A stretch of 64,000 bases of DNA from a bacterium (GTDB taxonomy: Bacteria; UBA8248): positions 64,001-128,000 of the forward strand of contig CBDBZY010000012.1 in assembly GCA_965213685.1 (NCBI GenBank). Direction: 5' to 3'. The first letter of the stretch is position 1; each line of letters starts with the position of its first letter. A program made the translations under genes and the position numbers. The notes beneath the pieces are model-generated. The model was not told the DNA's origin and did not search any database. It saw only the letters and a list, made by a program, of their open reading frames with translations. This document shows, piece after piece, positions 39,425 to 50,204 of this stretch.

Positions 39425-39877
39425 TCATCCCTCCCGCTTCTTGATGGAGAGGAACTTGAGCACCACGCCGTCGGGGTCTTTGCAGAAAAATATCCTGGAG
39501 CCCTGAATGGGGCCGCTCGGCACCGTGGCGGGGGAGGGCGAGCACATGGACGCACCGGCCGCCTGGAGCCTCTCGTAGAGGGCGTCGGCGTCATCCGCCA
39601 CGAAGCCGATTTGCAGGCAGCCGGGGTTGTTCGGGTCGGTGTCCACCGGCGCGCCGGGCGCGCCCGTGTACTCCATCAGCTCGAGGTGCAGCCCGTGGCC
39701 GCCCATGTGCACGACGCGGAGGCGGGCGCCCGGCACGCCCGTCACCTGCGCGGAGAATTCCGGCGTCCGCTCGGAGTCCGACTCCACCTCGAAGCCCAGG
39801 TTCTCGGCATACCACCGGGCGGAGGCGCCCGCGTCCCGCACCGTCAGGGACACGTTGTGAAAACGCTCGATGCGCAT
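39425..39877 (-). CDS. VOC/glyoxalase family protein
   Basis: HNVSLTVRD..WYAENLG, LELMEY, FFCKDPDGVVL. Confidence 0.8.
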   Translation of the reverse strand: MRIERFHNVSLTVRDAGASARWYAENLGFEVESDSERTPEFSAQVTGVPGARLRVVHMGGHGLHLELMEYTGAPGAPVDTDPNNPGCLQIGFVADDADALYERLQAAGASMCSPSPATVPSGPIQGSRIFFCKDPDGVVLKFLSIKKREG

Positions 39878-39916
39878 ACGATCGCTCCTTCTGTCAGCCT
39901 GTGAAGGCGACGATTT

Positions 39917-40312
39917 TCAGGACGACGCCCTGGGCCGGAGCTCCAGAGACGCCGAGTTCATGCAGTAGCGCTGCCCGGTGGGCGGCGGGCCGTCGGGAAA
40001 CACGTGGCCCAGGTGCGCGTCGCAGGCCGCGCACACCACCTCCACGCGGCGCATCCACAAGGAGTTGTCCTCCACCTCGCGCACGCTGTCCGCTCCCAGG
40101 GGTTGGAAGAAGCTCGGCCACCCTGTCCCCGATTCGAACTTGGTCGCGGCGTCGAACAGCTCCCTCCCGCAGCAGACGCACGCATAGACGCCATCCTCGT
40201 GGCAATCCCAGTATTTTCCGCTGAAGGCGCGCTCCGTTCCCGCCCGCCGCGTGACGCGGTACTGCTCCCTCGTGAGTTGTTTCCGCCATTCTGCATCCGT
40301 TTTCTTCACCAT
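39917..40312 (-). CDS. msrB: Peptide-methionine (R)-S-oxide reductase
   Basis: [43 protein letters not shown] (Cys form). Confidence 0.95.
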   Translation of the reverse strand: MVKKTDAEWRKQLTREQYRVTRRAGTERAFSGKYWDCHEDGVYACVCCGRELFDAATKFESGTGWPSFFQPLGADSVREVEDNSLWMRRVEVVCAACDAHLGHVFPDGPPPTGQRYCMNSASLELRPRASS

Positions 40313-40535
40313 CTCCGCTCTCTCCTCCTCTGCCTGCCGCCCAGGGGATGATGGCGCGCGTGGAATGCGCGTCTTTCTCCGCTCCGGATGCGCGCGCTTC
40401 TCCTCAAACAGCATCATCAAAAAAATCGCAAAAGACAAGGACGGGCGGATGGAAGGCGGCGCCCCGCCCGCTCTGCTCCCCCCGGGCGGGCGGCGTTCGT
40501 GAGCACCCCTTGTGGCGGCGCCCGCAGCCTCCTCT

Positions 40536-41711
40536 TCACAGGTGGGGGAGGGCCTTCAGGATGTTGACCTGGTTCGTGTTTCCCATGTGAAAGAGCTGAA
40601 TCGCGTCGCGGTAGACCTTCTCCACCGGCGCGTCCTTCATCACGCCCATGCCTCCCCAAATCTCCACCGCCTTGGCGGCGAGGTGGTTCAGCGTCTCGGT
40701 GGCGAGCACCTTCGTCGCGCGCGCGAGCCGGGGGTCGCCCCTGCCGTGGTCGATCCTCCAGGCGACGCGCCAGAGCAGCGTTCGCGCGGCTTCGAGCCGG
40801 GTGTACATATCGAGCAGGAGGGCGCCGATGAGGTCGTGCCCGATGATGGGTCTGCCGCCCTGCACGCGCACGCGGGCGTGGCCCAGCGCCAGGTCATAGG
40901 CGCGCTGGGCGATCCCCAGGGCTGTCGCCGTGGCCTCCACGGTGCCGACGCTGGTCACGCTCCTCCGGCTGGCCTGGAACGCGTCTTCCGCGCCCAGGCG
41001 GTTTTCGGCCGGCAGCCGGACGTCGCGGAATATCAGATCGTGCTGGGGATAGCACCGGAGGCCCACCTTCTCGTGCAGCCTGCCGACCTCAAAGCCCTCC
41101 TGCGGCGGGAAGAGCAGGAATCCCGTCGTCCCCCGCGTCCAGGGAACCGTCCTGTCGGTTCGGGCGAACACGGTGACGCACTTCGCCTGCGCGCCCATGG
41201 CGATGAACTGCTTCGCCCCGTTCAGAACGTAGGAATCGCCCTCGCGCACGGCGCCCAGGGCCGGGCCGGCGGCGGGGTCCGCGTCGAAGGGGAGGGCGTT
41301 GTCGCTGCCGGCGCCCGGCTCCGTGATGGCGATGCCGATGCAGTAGAGCGGGTCTGCGAGATAGTCGGGAATCACCCGCCGGAGCTGCGCCTCCGTCGCC
41401 ACGGCGAGGAGACCCGCTATCGCCTTCCAGTTGTGGCTGAACACCTTGGAGACGGCGGGCGCGCCCGCGGAGAGCTCCGCCACCACGAGGCACTGGGTGA
41501 GGACGTCGGCCCCATCGCCGCCGTGCGCCTCCGGCACCCCGAGGGAGTGGAGGCCCAGGGCGAAGCCGCGCTTCACCAGTGCATAGGGAAACTTGTCCTC
41601 CCCGTCAGGGCGGGCCTCCAGCTCCGCGACGGCGGGGAGCATTTCCTCCTGCGCGAACCTTCGCGCCAGAAGCTGCAAGCCCCTCTGCGACTCGCTCAGC
41701 TCAAAATCCAT
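40536..41711 (-). CDS. Acyl-CoA dehydrogenase family flavoprotein (atypical catalytic site)
   Basis: [46 protein letters not shown]. Confidence 0.85.
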   Translation of the reverse strand: MDFELSESQRGLQLLARRFAQEEMLPAVAELEARPDGEDKFPYALVKRGFALGLHSLGVPEAHGGDGADVLTQCLVVAELSAGAPAVSKVFSHNWKAIAGLLAVATEAQLRRVIPDYLADPLYCIGIAITEPGAGSDNALPFDADPAAGPALGAVREGDSYVLNGAKQFIAMGAQAKCVTVFARTDRTVPWTRGTTGFLLFPPQEGFEVGRLHEKVGLRCYPQHDLIFRDVRLPAENRLGAEDAFQASRRSVTSVGTVEATATALGIAQRAYDLALGHARVRVQGGRPIIGHDLIGALLLDMYTRLEAARTLLWRVAWRIDHGRGDPRLARATKVLATETLNHLAAKAVEIWGGMGVMKDAPVEKVYRDAIQLFHMGNTNQVNILKALPHL

Positions 41712-41784
41712 GCGTCAGCCCGGCCTTTCCCGCTAAAATCGACGACGGCGCCGCCGGGGAGCGCGCCCGTTTCGCTCCCGGGCC

Positions 41785-43053
41785 TCATGGGGCGCTCCTC
41801 CGGGCGCAGAGCGTCAGCGCGGCGGCGAGATAGACCTGCGCCGCGGTCGCCACGTCCTCGACCCATACGTGCTCGCCCACGGCGTGCATCATCCCTTTCT
41901 TCCCGGCCTCCGGGTGCATCCGCCCGCCGGGGCCATAGCAGACGCACGGAATGCCGTAGCGATTGAAGTGCGTGGAATCGGACGCGGGCCTCCGGATGAT
42001 GGGGGTCGAAGTCTCGCCCGTGATCTCCTCGTGCGCACTCAGTGCCGCCCGCACGAGGGGGGCGCCCTCCTCGAGGCGCGTGGGCGGGTCGTTCACGCAG
42101 AATGAGAGCGCGGGCGGATTCGCGCCATCCGCCGCCTCCCGGAGGACGCCGCGCAACCCGCGCTTGATGTCCTCCGTGCTTTGCCCCGGCACGGTGCGGA
42201 TGTCCAGATACAGGCTGGCCTCGACGGGGTTTCGGGAAAGACGCCAGGGCCAGCCGCCCCGTATGGCGGCTATCGTCACGTTCGGACGCTCTCCCATGCA
42301 ACAATGGTTGGATTCGTAATCCTCTATCCACCGCTCGACGGCGGTCTGTATCCTGTGGATGGCGCGCACGGCGTTGGCGACCCCCGGGCGGTTCGAGAGT
42401 GCGCTGTGGCTCATCGTGCCGGTTGCGGTGATCTTCGCCCACACGACGCCCATGTTCGCGTTCGAGACCCGCAGCCCCGTCGGTTCGGCCAGGATGGCGC
42501 CGTCCGCCGTCACGCCGTGGAGAATGAGGTGGCGGGTGCCCGTGCCGTAGCCGGCGAAGGACGCGCCCGAGAACTCATCGACCGGCGCTTTTTCTATCTC
42601 GCCCACCACGCCCGCCATCGAGACGTCCCCGCGCAGGGCGACGCCCTCGCGGCAGATGGCCTCGACGGCCGCCAGCGCGGCCGCCAGCCCGCTTTTCATG
42701 TTGTTGGCGCCGAGGCCCCACACCCAGCCGTCCCGGTGAACCGCCCTGGGCTGAAAGCCCTCGCCCGAGAGATACTCCTCGTCTCCACCGTAGGAGGTGT
42801 CCATGTGGCCGGTGAGCAGGAGGTTCCAGCCATCCCCTGAGCCTTCCCGCACGCCGACGGCGTTCGGCCTGCCGGTGCCGACCTCCTGGAGCTGCGTCCG
42901 CATGCCCGCCCGCGCCATGCGCTCCTCCAGGTAGCGGGCCATCTCCGCCTCCCCGCCCGTGGGACTCGGGATGTTCACCATCTCCGCCAGCGTCGCGCGC
43001 AGGGCGTCCGTGGTGATGTGGCGGGCGCAACGATCAAAATCGGGGTGCGGCAT
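41785..43053 (-). CDS. M20/ArgE-DapE family metallopeptidase/deacylase
   Basis: IPSPTGGE, GHMDT, GLGANNMKSG, GEIE, AEPT, HAVGEHV. Confidence 0.8.
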   Translation of the reverse strand: MPHPDFDRCARHITTDALRATLAEMVNIPSPTGGEAEMARYLEERMARAGMRTQLQEVGTGRPNAVGVREGSGDGWNLLLTGHMDTSYGGDEEYLSGEGFQPRAVHRDGWVWGLGANNMKSGLAAALAAVEAICREGVALRGDVSMAGVVGEIEKAPVDEFSGASFAGYGTGTRHLILHGVTADGAILAEPTGLRVSNANMGVVWAKITATGTMSHSALSNRPGVANAVRAIHRIQTAVERWIEDYESNHCCMGERPNVTIAAIRGGWPWRLSRNPVEASLYLDIRTVPGQSTEDIKRGLRGVLREAADGANPPALSFCVNDPPTRLEEGAPLVRAALSAHEEITGETSTPIIRRPASDSTHFNRYGIPCVCYGPGGRMHPEAGKKGMMHAVGEHVWVEDVATAAQVYLAAALTLCARRSAP

Positions 43054-43098
43054 CCAACCCTCTCCCGTGCTTCGCGCGTCGGTTGTTTCTATCGTATC

Positions 43099-44523
43099 AT
43101 GTTGGCGTCGTTTTCCGGTATCTCCGCCTTCCTCGAGGTTCGCATTCTGAGGCGCTCGAAGAGCACGCCCGGGTATGACTACACCCGAGGGTCGGTCGGC
43201 TGGGCGATCACGCGCCTATCGGTTCCCATATGCGGCGAGCGCATCCTGCGCAACCTCGATGGCCTGCTGGAAATATACTGGCTCGGCGTCATGGGCCCCC
43301 GGTTTCTGGCGGCCGCCTCCCTCGGATTCATCGTCTTGCTGTTCATTCGCTCGATCTCCTTCGGGCTGCGAATCGCCGGCCAGGCGCTCGTGGCCCAGCG
43401 CGTCGGCGCGGACGATGGGGCGGGGGCGGCGATCATGGCGGGCCAGGCCATCTTTCTCGTCGGCGCATTCTCCCTCGCCGCCGCGTTCCTGGGGTTCTTT
43501 CTCGCCCCGTTCCTGATGGGACTGATGACGCGGGAGACGCAGATCGCCGCCCTGGGCGTCGCCTACATCCGCGCGGGGTTCGCGGTTCTGCCCGCCGTGG
43601 AGGGGATGTTCGTCATCGGCCAGATTCTGAGGGGGACGGGCGAGCCCGGCATCACCATCGCGGGCGTCATCGCGTCCACCGCCCTGACGCTCGTTTTTGT
43701 CCCGCTCCTCATGTTCGGCCTGGGGCCGATTCCCGCCCTGGGCATCGTGGGCGCCTTCCTGGGGGTCGGCGTGGGGAGGCTGGGCGGCCTGTTGACGATG
43801 CTCGGCTGCATCGCCAGGGGAAAATCACGGCTCGCGCTGTGCCGGGGGGATTTGCGCCCGCGCCGTGCGCACCTCTCCCGCGTCGTGCGCCTCGCCTGGC
43901 CCGCCATGGCGCAAAATCTGCTGGAGCGCGGCGCCCATGTGCTCATGGTGCGGATGCTCTCGCCATTTGGCGCGGGCGCGCTGGCGGCCTGGAGCGTCGG
44001 CAACCGCGTGACGATGATCGCCCGGATGCCTGGCTTCGGGCTGCAAAGCGCGGTGCGCACGCTGGTGGGGCAGAACCTGGGGGCGGGCAAGCCCGAGCGC
44101 GTGGCGCGCACGGTGTGGCTCGCCGCCGGCGCCCTCCTCGTCGTGATGACGATGGCGAGCCTCGCCCTGTTCGTCTGGGCGGGGGAGGTCGTCTCGTTTT
44201 TCGGGATGGAGGGTGACGCCACGGGCGTCATGGCGCTCAGAATCCTGTGCGCAGGCCTGCTGATGGAGTCCGTTCGCCGGGTGATGGCGGGCGCGTTCCA
44301 GGGCGCCTCCCGCTCGAAACCGCCCATGACGGTGGAGGGGGTCGTTCGCTGGGGCGTCCAGATTCCGGCCGCCTATCTCCTCTCCTTCGTGTTCGCCACG
44401 GGCGCCGGCGGCGTCTGGTGGGCGCTGAGCGGGAGCCAGATTCTCAGCGGCGCGGTGCTGTCCGCATGGTTTTTCCTGTGGATGAGGAGCGGGGGCGTCT
44501 GCGCGTCCCGCACCGGGGCTTGA
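43099..44523 (+). CDS. MATE family efflux transporter (start uncertain)
   Basis: DYTRGSVG..LSVP, VAQRVGA, LRGTGE, PALGIVGA, VGQNLGAGK. Confidence 0.85.
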   Translation: MLASFSGISAFLEVRILRRSKSTPGYDYTRGSVGWAITRLSVPICGERILRNLDGLLEIYWLGVMGPRFLAAASLGFIVLLFIRSISFGLRIAGQALVAQRVGADDGAGAAIMAGQAIFLVGAFSLAAAFLGFFLAPFLMGLMTRETQIAALGVAYIRAGFAVLPAVEGMFVIGQILRGTGEPGITIAGVIASTALTLVFVPLLMFGLGPIPALGIVGAFLGVGVGRLGGLLTMLGCIARGKSRLALCRGDLRPRRAHLSRVVRLAWPAMAQNLLERGAHVLMVRMLSPFGAGALAAWSVGNRVTMIARMPGFGLQSAVRTLVGQNLGAGKPERVARTVWLAAGALLVVMTMASLALFVWAGEVVSFFGMEGDATGVMALRILCAGLLMESVRRVMAGAFQGASRSKPPMTVEGVVRWGVQIPAAYLLSFVFATGAGGVWWALSGSQILSGAVLSAWFFLWMRSGGVCASRTGA

Positions 44524-44652
44524 AATGAGCGGGAGAACCTCCTTAGGATGTCTGGTCGTTTTCTCGGGAGCCCGGACAGGGGAGCGGTCGATGGCGATTT
44601 CGGTGGCGGGGTGCTCTTGCGGCGCATCGGGCGGGCCGGGGAGGTCCGCGCC

Positions 44653-45048
44653 GTGAGCCGGGCGCTGGTGGCGGGGTTTGTCCTGGTGGCGGGCTTCTCC
44701 CTCCTCGTGATGCTGACGAGGCGGCCAGCCCCTCCGGAGCGGGCGCGGCCGCCCGCCTCCGAGGACATGGCGCAGGTGAGCCAGGGCAAGGCGCTGTTCG
44801 CGCGCCACTGCATGCGTTGTCACGGGCCGGAAGCCCGGGGCTCGCGGATCGGCCCGCCGCTCGTCCACCGGATTTACGAGCCTTCCCATCACTCCGACGC
44901 CGCCTTCCACCTCGCGGTGGCGCGCGGGGTGAAGAGCCACCACTGGGAGTTCGGGGACATGGCGCCCGTCCCGGGCGTCAGGCCGGCCGAGGTGCGGCTG
45001 ATCGTGAAATACGTGCGCCGGCTGCAGAGGGCGGCCGGAATTTTCTAG
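44653..45048 (+). CDS. Monoheme c-type cytochrome
   Basis: N-terminal TM segment, CMRCH, GPPLVHRIYEPSHHSD, HHWEFGDM. Confidence 0.85.
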   Translation: MSRALVAGFVLVAGFSLLVMLTRRPAPPERARPPASEDMAQVSQGKALFARHCMRCHGPEARGSRIGPPLVHRIYEPSHHSDAAFHLAVARGVKSHHWEFGDMAPVPGVRPAEVRLIVKYVRRLQRAAGIF

Positions 45049-45077
45049 GGGCCGTGGAGGCAGGAGGGCGAGACCGG

Positions 45078-46412
45078 ATGGACGAGGCGGAAGCGCTGCG
45101 CGAGCTGAGGACGAAGCGCCTGAGGCGCATGGTCGCCCTGTGCGGGCGGGCGCACCCGTTCTACAAGCGCCGCTTCGCCGAGGCGAACCTGATTCCCGAG
45201 GCGATACGCGACCTCGACGACCTCGAAAGGCTCCCGCTCACGCGAAAAGAGGATTTCATGGCGGCGCCGGAGGATTTCAGCCTCGACCCCGCCTGGCTGC
45301 CCGAGCTCCCCTTCGAGGAGCGGACGATGTGGAACGTGGCCTACACCACGGGCACCACGAGCGGGCGTCCGTCCCCGTTCTTCAACACCACGCACGATCA
45401 GTATCACATCATGCTCCAGGCGCGGGCCTGCAACGAGGCGGAGGGCCTGCGGGCGGGAGACCTCATAGCGAACCTCTACCCGCTCTCGCCCATGCCGCTG
45501 GGCGGGTTTCTCTGCTGCGTGCGCTCCGCCGAGGTGATGGGGCTTCCGGTGGTGAGCGCGCTGACGGGCAGTCCCCACCCCGAATATCCCGTGCGCCGGT
45601 CGCTGGATCAGGCCATCGACGTGGCTTCGGAGGCCACGGTCCTCTGGGGGGTGCCGAGCTTCGTCCGCCGGTTTTTGAGGAGGGCGCGCGAGCGCGGCGT
45701 CAGGCTCTCCCGCGCGCGCATGGTGCTCACCACGGGCGAGGCCGTGAGCGACGCCCTGTGCGAGGAGTATATGGAGCATCTTCGGCACTTCGGGGCGAAG
45801 GACCCGCAGGTGCGGGTGCGCTATGCGGCGACGGAGATGCAGGGCGGCCTCGTTCAGTGCGCGAACGGGGCGATGCCGCACAACGTGGTGCCCGAGCTGT
45901 ACCTGCTCGAGGTGGTGAACCCCGAGACGGGCCTGCGCGTGGGGGAGGGGGAGGAGGGGGCGATTGCGCTCACGCACCTGCACCGCCGGGGGACGGTGCT
46001 GCTCCGCTACCTCATCGGGGACGTCATCGCCTTGCGGTGGGAGCGTTGTCCGGATTGCGGGCGGCTGGGCGAGCGCGTAGCGCGCCTCCCGAGGAGAACG
46101 GGCGACTTGCTCAAGGTGCGGGGGATGCTGATGAACCCGGAGATCGCGTTCGACCTTCTGGCGAGAGATCGGGCGATTCGGGAGTTTCAGATCCGGATCC
46201 GGAAATCAGCGCCCGGCGACGCCGATTCCATGGACGAGATGGTCATTCGCCTGGAAGCCGATGATGCGGAGCGGGGGAGGATCGCCGCCTCCCTGCCGGC
46301 CCGGGTGAGAGAGGCGGTGATGATCCGCCCCGTCCTCGAGTTCGTGGCCCCGGGCGTGATCCACGACCCGATGGAGGACGTGAAGGCGCGCCGCCTGGTG
46401 GATGAGCGCTGA
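45078..46412 (+). CDS. Phenylacetate-CoA ligase-like (PaaK family) AMP-binding enzyme
   Basis: LERLPLTRKED, TTGTTSGRP, YAATE, LLRYLIGD, RTGDLLKVRG. Confidence 0.8.
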   Translation: MDEAEALRELRTKRLRRMVALCGRAHPFYKRRFAEANLIPEAIRDLDDLERLPLTRKEDFMAAPEDFSLDPAWLPELPFEERTMWNVAYTTGTTSGRPSPFFNTTHDQYHIMLQARACNEAEGLRAGDLIANLYPLSPMPLGGFLCCVRSAEVMGLPVVSALTGSPHPEYPVRRSLDQAIDVASEATVLWGVPSFVRRFLRRARERGVRLSRARMVLTTGEAVSDALCEEYMEHLRHFGAKDPQVRVRYAATEMQGGLVQCANGAMPHNVVPELYLLEVVNPETGLRVGEGEEGAIALTHLHRRGTVLLRYLIGDVIALRWERCPDCGRLGERVARLPRRTGDLLKVRGMLMNPEIAFDLLARDRAIREFQIRIRKSAPGDADSMDEMVIRLEADDAERGRIAASLPARVREAVMIRPVLEFVAPGVIHDPMEDVKARRLVDER

Positions 46413-46440
46413 GCCGTCCGCCGCACTCGGCGCTCGCCGG

Positions 46441-47148
46441 CTAGACGCCGAGATACCGCATGCGCGTTTCCTGGTCCTCGAGGAGGTCCGCAGAAGCCCC
46501 CTCCCACTGGATGACGCCTTTCTCTATCAGATAGGCGCGCCTGGTGATGCTGAGCGCCATGCGGAAGTTCTGCTCCACGAGGAGGATGGCGATGCCTTTC
46601 TTCTGAATCTCCACCAGGACGTTTTCGATGGTTTCCACATAGGCGGGCATCAGACCCTCGGTGGGCTCGTCCACCATGATGAGCCTGGGTTCGGTGCCGA
46701 GGCCCCGCGCCATGGTGAGCATCTGCTGCTCGCCGCCGCTCAGCTGGTTCCCCTTGTTGTTGATGCGCTCCTTGAGGCGCGGGAAGAGGGAGAAAATCCA
46801 GTCGAGGTGGTCGTCGAGATTCCTGGCGCCGTCAATGGGGATGCGGCTGATCTTGAGGTTCTCAAAGACGGTGAGGTTGGTGAACACCTGGCGGTCCTCG
46901 GGAATCCATGAAATCCCCGCGAGCGAGACGGTGTGCGCCTCCGCCTCGGTGATGTCGTTTCCCTCCATCGTGATCCGGCCGCTTCGAGGCGTCAACAACC
47001 CCATGATCGTCTTCATGGTGGTGGATTTGCCCGCCCCGTTCCTCCCGAGAAAGGCCACCGCCTCGCCTTCGCCCACCCGCAGGCTGAGGTCGTGGAGCAC
47101 GTGGCTCAGGCCGTAGAACGTGTTGATGGAATCTACCTCTAGCATCAT
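46441..47148 (-). CDS. livF: Branched-chain amino acid-type ABC ATPase
   Basis: GRNGAGKS, LSGGEQQML, DEPTEGL. Confidence 0.9.
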   Translation of the reverse strand: MMLEVDSINTFYGLSHVLHDLSLRVGEGEAVAFLGRNGAGKSTTMKTIMGLLTPRSGRITMEGNDITEAEAHTVSLAGISWIPEDRQVFTNLTVFENLKISRIPIDGARNLDDHLDWIFSLFPRLKERINNKGNQLSGGEQQMLTMARGLGTEPRLIMVDEPTEGLMPAYVETIENVLVEIQKKGIAILLVEQNFRMALSITRRAYLIEKGVIQWEGASADLLEDQETRMRYLGV

Positions 47149-47879
47149 TCCCTCAGATATACGCGCTGCACCTCGGCGTTCGCGCGCACTTCCTCGACGG
47201 TGCCCTCGGCCAGGAAGCCGCCGTTGTGCAGCACGGTGATTTTGTCCGAAATGCCCAGCACCACATCCATGTCGTGCTCCACGAGCACGACGGTCAGCGG
47301 GTCAACCAGGCTCTTGATGAACGCGCCCGTTTGAATCGTCTCCTCGGGGCTCATGCCCGCGGTGGGCTCGTCGAGCAGGAGCAGCTGGGGGTCGGTGGCG
47401 AGCGCGATCCCGATCTCCAGGTAGCGCTGCTCGCCGTGCGCGAGCGTGCCGGCCAGCTCGCCGCGCTTGCCCGTCATGTTGATGCGCTCGAGTATCTCGT
47501 CCGCTTTCTCGATCAGCCCCTTGTGGCTCCCGATGGCCGACCACAGGTTGAAGGTCGTCTTGCGCGACTGCGCGGCGATGCGGATGTTCTCCAGCACGCT
47601 CAGCTTGGGAAATATGTTGGTGATCTGGTAGGTGCGGGCGATGCCCAGGTGGGAGCGTTCATGCGCGGGCACCTCCGAGACATCCCTCCCATCGAAGATC
47701 ACCTGTCCCGACGTAGGCGCCAGGTCGCCCGCGATCATGTTGAAAAAAGTCGTTTTGCCGGCGCCGTTCGGTCCGATGATGGAGCGCAACTCGGCGGCTT
47801 CGACCGAATAGTCCACGCCGTCGACGGCGACGAGGGCGCCGAAGTGCTTGCTCAGGTTTTTCGTTTCCAGGATGGGCAT
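47145..47879 (-). CDS. livG: Branched-chain amino acid-type ABC ATPase
   Basis: GPNGAGKTT, LAHGEQR, LLDEPTAG, VEHDM. Confidence 0.9.
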   Translation of the reverse strand: MPILETKNLSKHFGALVAVDGVDYSVEAAELRSIIGPNGAGKTTFFNMIAGDLAPTSGQVIFDGRDVSEVPAHERSHLGIARTYQITNIFPKLSVLENIRIAAQSRKTTFNLWSAIGSHKGLIEKADEILERINMTGKRGELAGTLAHGEQRYLEIGIALATDPQLLLLDEPTAGMSPEETIQTGAFIKSLVDPLTVVLVEHDMDVVLGISDKITVLHNGGFLAEGTVEEVRANAEVQRVYLRE

Positions 47880-47891
47880 GGGACGTTTCCG

Positions 47892-49094
47892 CTATTCTGA
47901 GTCGGCGGCCGCATCGGCCGCGCCGGTTTTCGCGAGGTATTTCTTCTCGCGATACTCGAGCGTCATGTTCCGGATGGTGCCCAGAATGCCCGAGGGCACG
48001 AAGAGCACTATCAGCACGAAGATGCCGCCCACCCACGCTTCCCAATACTGGAAGATGGCCAGATATTTTACGAACTCCACGCTCATCAGCTGTCTCAGGT
48101 ACCAGTAGATGAACGAGCCCACCGCGGGGCCCAGGAAGGTGCCGGCGCCTCCGAACAGGGTGATGATGACGATTTGCCCCGAGGTGATGAAGTGGATGTT
48201 CTCGATGGGCACGGTCTCGCCGTAGATGATGGCCAGTGCGCCCGCGACTCCCGAGATGGCCCCGCTCATGGTGAATGCGATGAGCCGGACCTTCGCCACG
48301 TCGTAGCCGCAGATGCGCGCGCGGTTTTCGTTCTCCCGGATTGCGCGCAGCACGTGGCCGAACGGCGAGCGCAGCACCTGCCAGATGAGGGCGATGAACA
48401 GGACGCTGACGATGTAGACGAAATAGTAGGTGATGTTGGCGTCCATGATGCCCACGCGCAAGTCGATGGAGCCGAGCCGCATGTTCTCCAGGCCGCCCAG
48501 CCCGTCCGTCCCGCCCGTGAGGTCGTCGAACGTCTGGGCGGAATAGTAGAAGATCATGCTGATCGAGAGGGTGACCATGGCGAAATACACGCCGCGCTTG
48601 GAGCTGCAAATCGTGCCGATGAGCCAGGCGACGAGGGTGGAGACGACGATGCAGGTGAGCAGGGATATCTCCAGGGGCAGCACCCGGAAGGCGCTGACCA
48701 TCCAGTCGGGGGCGTAGGTGTCGGGCTTGATCCAGGCGTGCATGATGCCCACGGTGTAGCCGCCCACGCCGAAGAACGCGCAATGGCCCAGGCTGAGCAT
48801 CCCGGTGTTGCCGAGCAGGATGTTGAAGGCGATGCCGAACAGCGTGTAGATGAGGATCTGGATCATCAGGGGCGTGCTCGGCACGAAGCCGCGAATCTCC
48901 GCGAGAATCTCGGCCGACGCCTCCCAGTCGTTGTCCTCGAGCCAGATGATGGAGTCGTTGAGCGCGTCGAAGAGCGGGGGGTAGAGCAGGAGCAGGGCGG
49001 CGAGTATCAGCATCCCGTAGTTGTCGAAGATTTCGCTGATCCAGGCCCAGAACTCCCGGGGCGTGAACCTGTTCTTCGGGGCTGCGGTGTCCAC
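47892..49094 (-). CDS. livM: Branched-chain amino acid-type ABC permease
   Basis: GMLSLGHCAFFG, TGGTDG, SPFGHVLRAIRENE, GGAGTFLGP. Confidence 0.88.
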   Translation of the reverse strand: MDTAAPKNRFTPREFWAWISEIFDNYGMLILAALLLLYPPLFDALNDSIIWLEDNDWEASAEILAEIRGFVPSTPLMIQILIYTLFGIAFNILLGNTGMLSLGHCAFFGVGGYTVGIMHAWIKPDTYAPDWMVSAFRVLPLEISLLTCIVVSTLVAWLIGTICSSKRGVYFAMVTLSISMIFYYSAQTFDDLTGGTDGLGGLENMRLGSIDLRVGIMDANITYYFVYIVSVLFIALIWQVLRSPFGHVLRAIRENENRARICGYDVAKVRLIAFTMSGAISGVAGALAIIYGETVPIENIHFITSGQIVIITLFGGAGTFLGPAVGSFIYWYLRQLMSVEFVKYLAIFQYWEAWVGGIFVLIVLFVPSGILGTIRNMTLEYREKKYLAKTGAADAAADSE

Positions 49095-49126
49095 GTTAGG
49101 AATTTCTCCCGAGACGAATCGGATGC

Positions 49127-50110
49127 TTAGTCAAAGGCGCCTTCCTGGCCGAACAACCCTCTTGGTCTCAGGAGAAGGATTACCGCCATCACGAGGAAAA
49201 GCAGGATGTCGGACGCTTTTTCCCAGAAATCCGGGCCAATCACCGTGCCCGTCCAGTTTTGCACCACATACTGCGTCCTGCCCACCAGGGGGGTGAGCGC
49301 CCAGAGCTGCCCCAGAATCAGCCCGCCGATCACGGGGCCGATGAAGCTGCCCATGCCGCCGACGACGACGACGATGAAGGTCTGCACCAGAATCAGCTCG
49401 CCCATCGTGGCGTCCACCGCGAACAGGGGGGCTATCATGACGCCGGAGAATCCCGCCAGGGCGATGCCGAGGCCGAACGTGAGCCGCCATATCCGCGACA
49501 CGTTGATGCCCAGCACCTTCACCATCGTGTTGTTGTTGGTTCCGGCGCGAATCATCATGCCGAGGTTGGTCTTGTAGATGAGCAGCCAGAGCAGGGCGAC
49601 GAGGAGGGCTGCGGTGATGACGGTGAAGCTCCTGTAGGCCGAGATGTCGAGCGTGCCCGTCTTGAGGAGGGAGAGCTGGAACATGGGCGGGATGTTGAAG
49701 GGCTTGCCCGGCCTCCCCCAGATGAAGCGGACGAAGTCGGGCAGGAAAATCGACATGCCGAACATGATCAGGACGCCCGAGAAGCGCTCGTTCTCCGTGT
49801 TGTAGATGTTGCTGATGACGTATTTCTCGAACACCATCCCGATGCCGAACATGACCACCGGCACAAGGGCGAGCGCGATGATGAAGCCCAGGTTCGGGCC
49901 CAGCAGCGGCGCGAACATGAGGTTCGAGATGGTGAACCCCACATACGCTCCCAGCATGTAGAAGGCGCCGTGGCCGAAGTTGATGATGCCCATCAGCCCG
50001 AAGATGATGGAGAGGCCGAGGGCCAGGAGCACCCAGAAGGAGCCCTGCACCAGACCGAGGAACAGGTGCTGCACGAACTCCGAGAATTCGATACCGCCGC
50101 CGCCTGGCAA
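49127..50110 (-). CDS. livH: Branched-chain amino acid-type ABC permease
   Basis: ALGLSIIFG..INFGHG, VVVGGMGS, RPRGLFG. TTG start after AAGGAG. Confidence 0.88.
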   Translation of the reverse strand: MPGGGGIEFSEFVQHLFLGLVQGSFWVLLALGLSIIFGLMGIINFGHGAFYMLGAYVGFTISNLMFAPLLGPNLGFIIALALVPVVMFGIGMVFEKYVISNIYNTENERFSGVLIMFGMSIFLPDFVRFIWGRPGKPFNIPPMFQLSLLKTGTLDISAYRSFTVITAALLVALLWLLIYKTNLGMMIRAGTNNNTMVKVLGINVSRIWRLTFGLGIALAGFSGVMIAPLFAVDATMGELILVQTFIVVVVGGMGSFIGPVIGGLILGQLWALTPLVGRTQYVVQNWTGTVIGPDFWEKASDILLFLVMAVILLLRPRGLFGQEGAFD

Positions 50111-50204
50111 AACGCGCTCCTTCAAACATGAGGGGGGGAAGCGTACGAACCTGATTAAGACGAAAACGGCGGGTTTGTCAAACGCGCCGGGGCGAGCGGG
50201 GCCA

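Noticed and set aside
39875-39919. msrB TGA stop is in frame with the downstream VOC gene
   Set aside because: MsrB is full length with a normal catalytic Cys, the VOC gene has its own AAGGAG RBS, and there is no SECIS-like hairpin.
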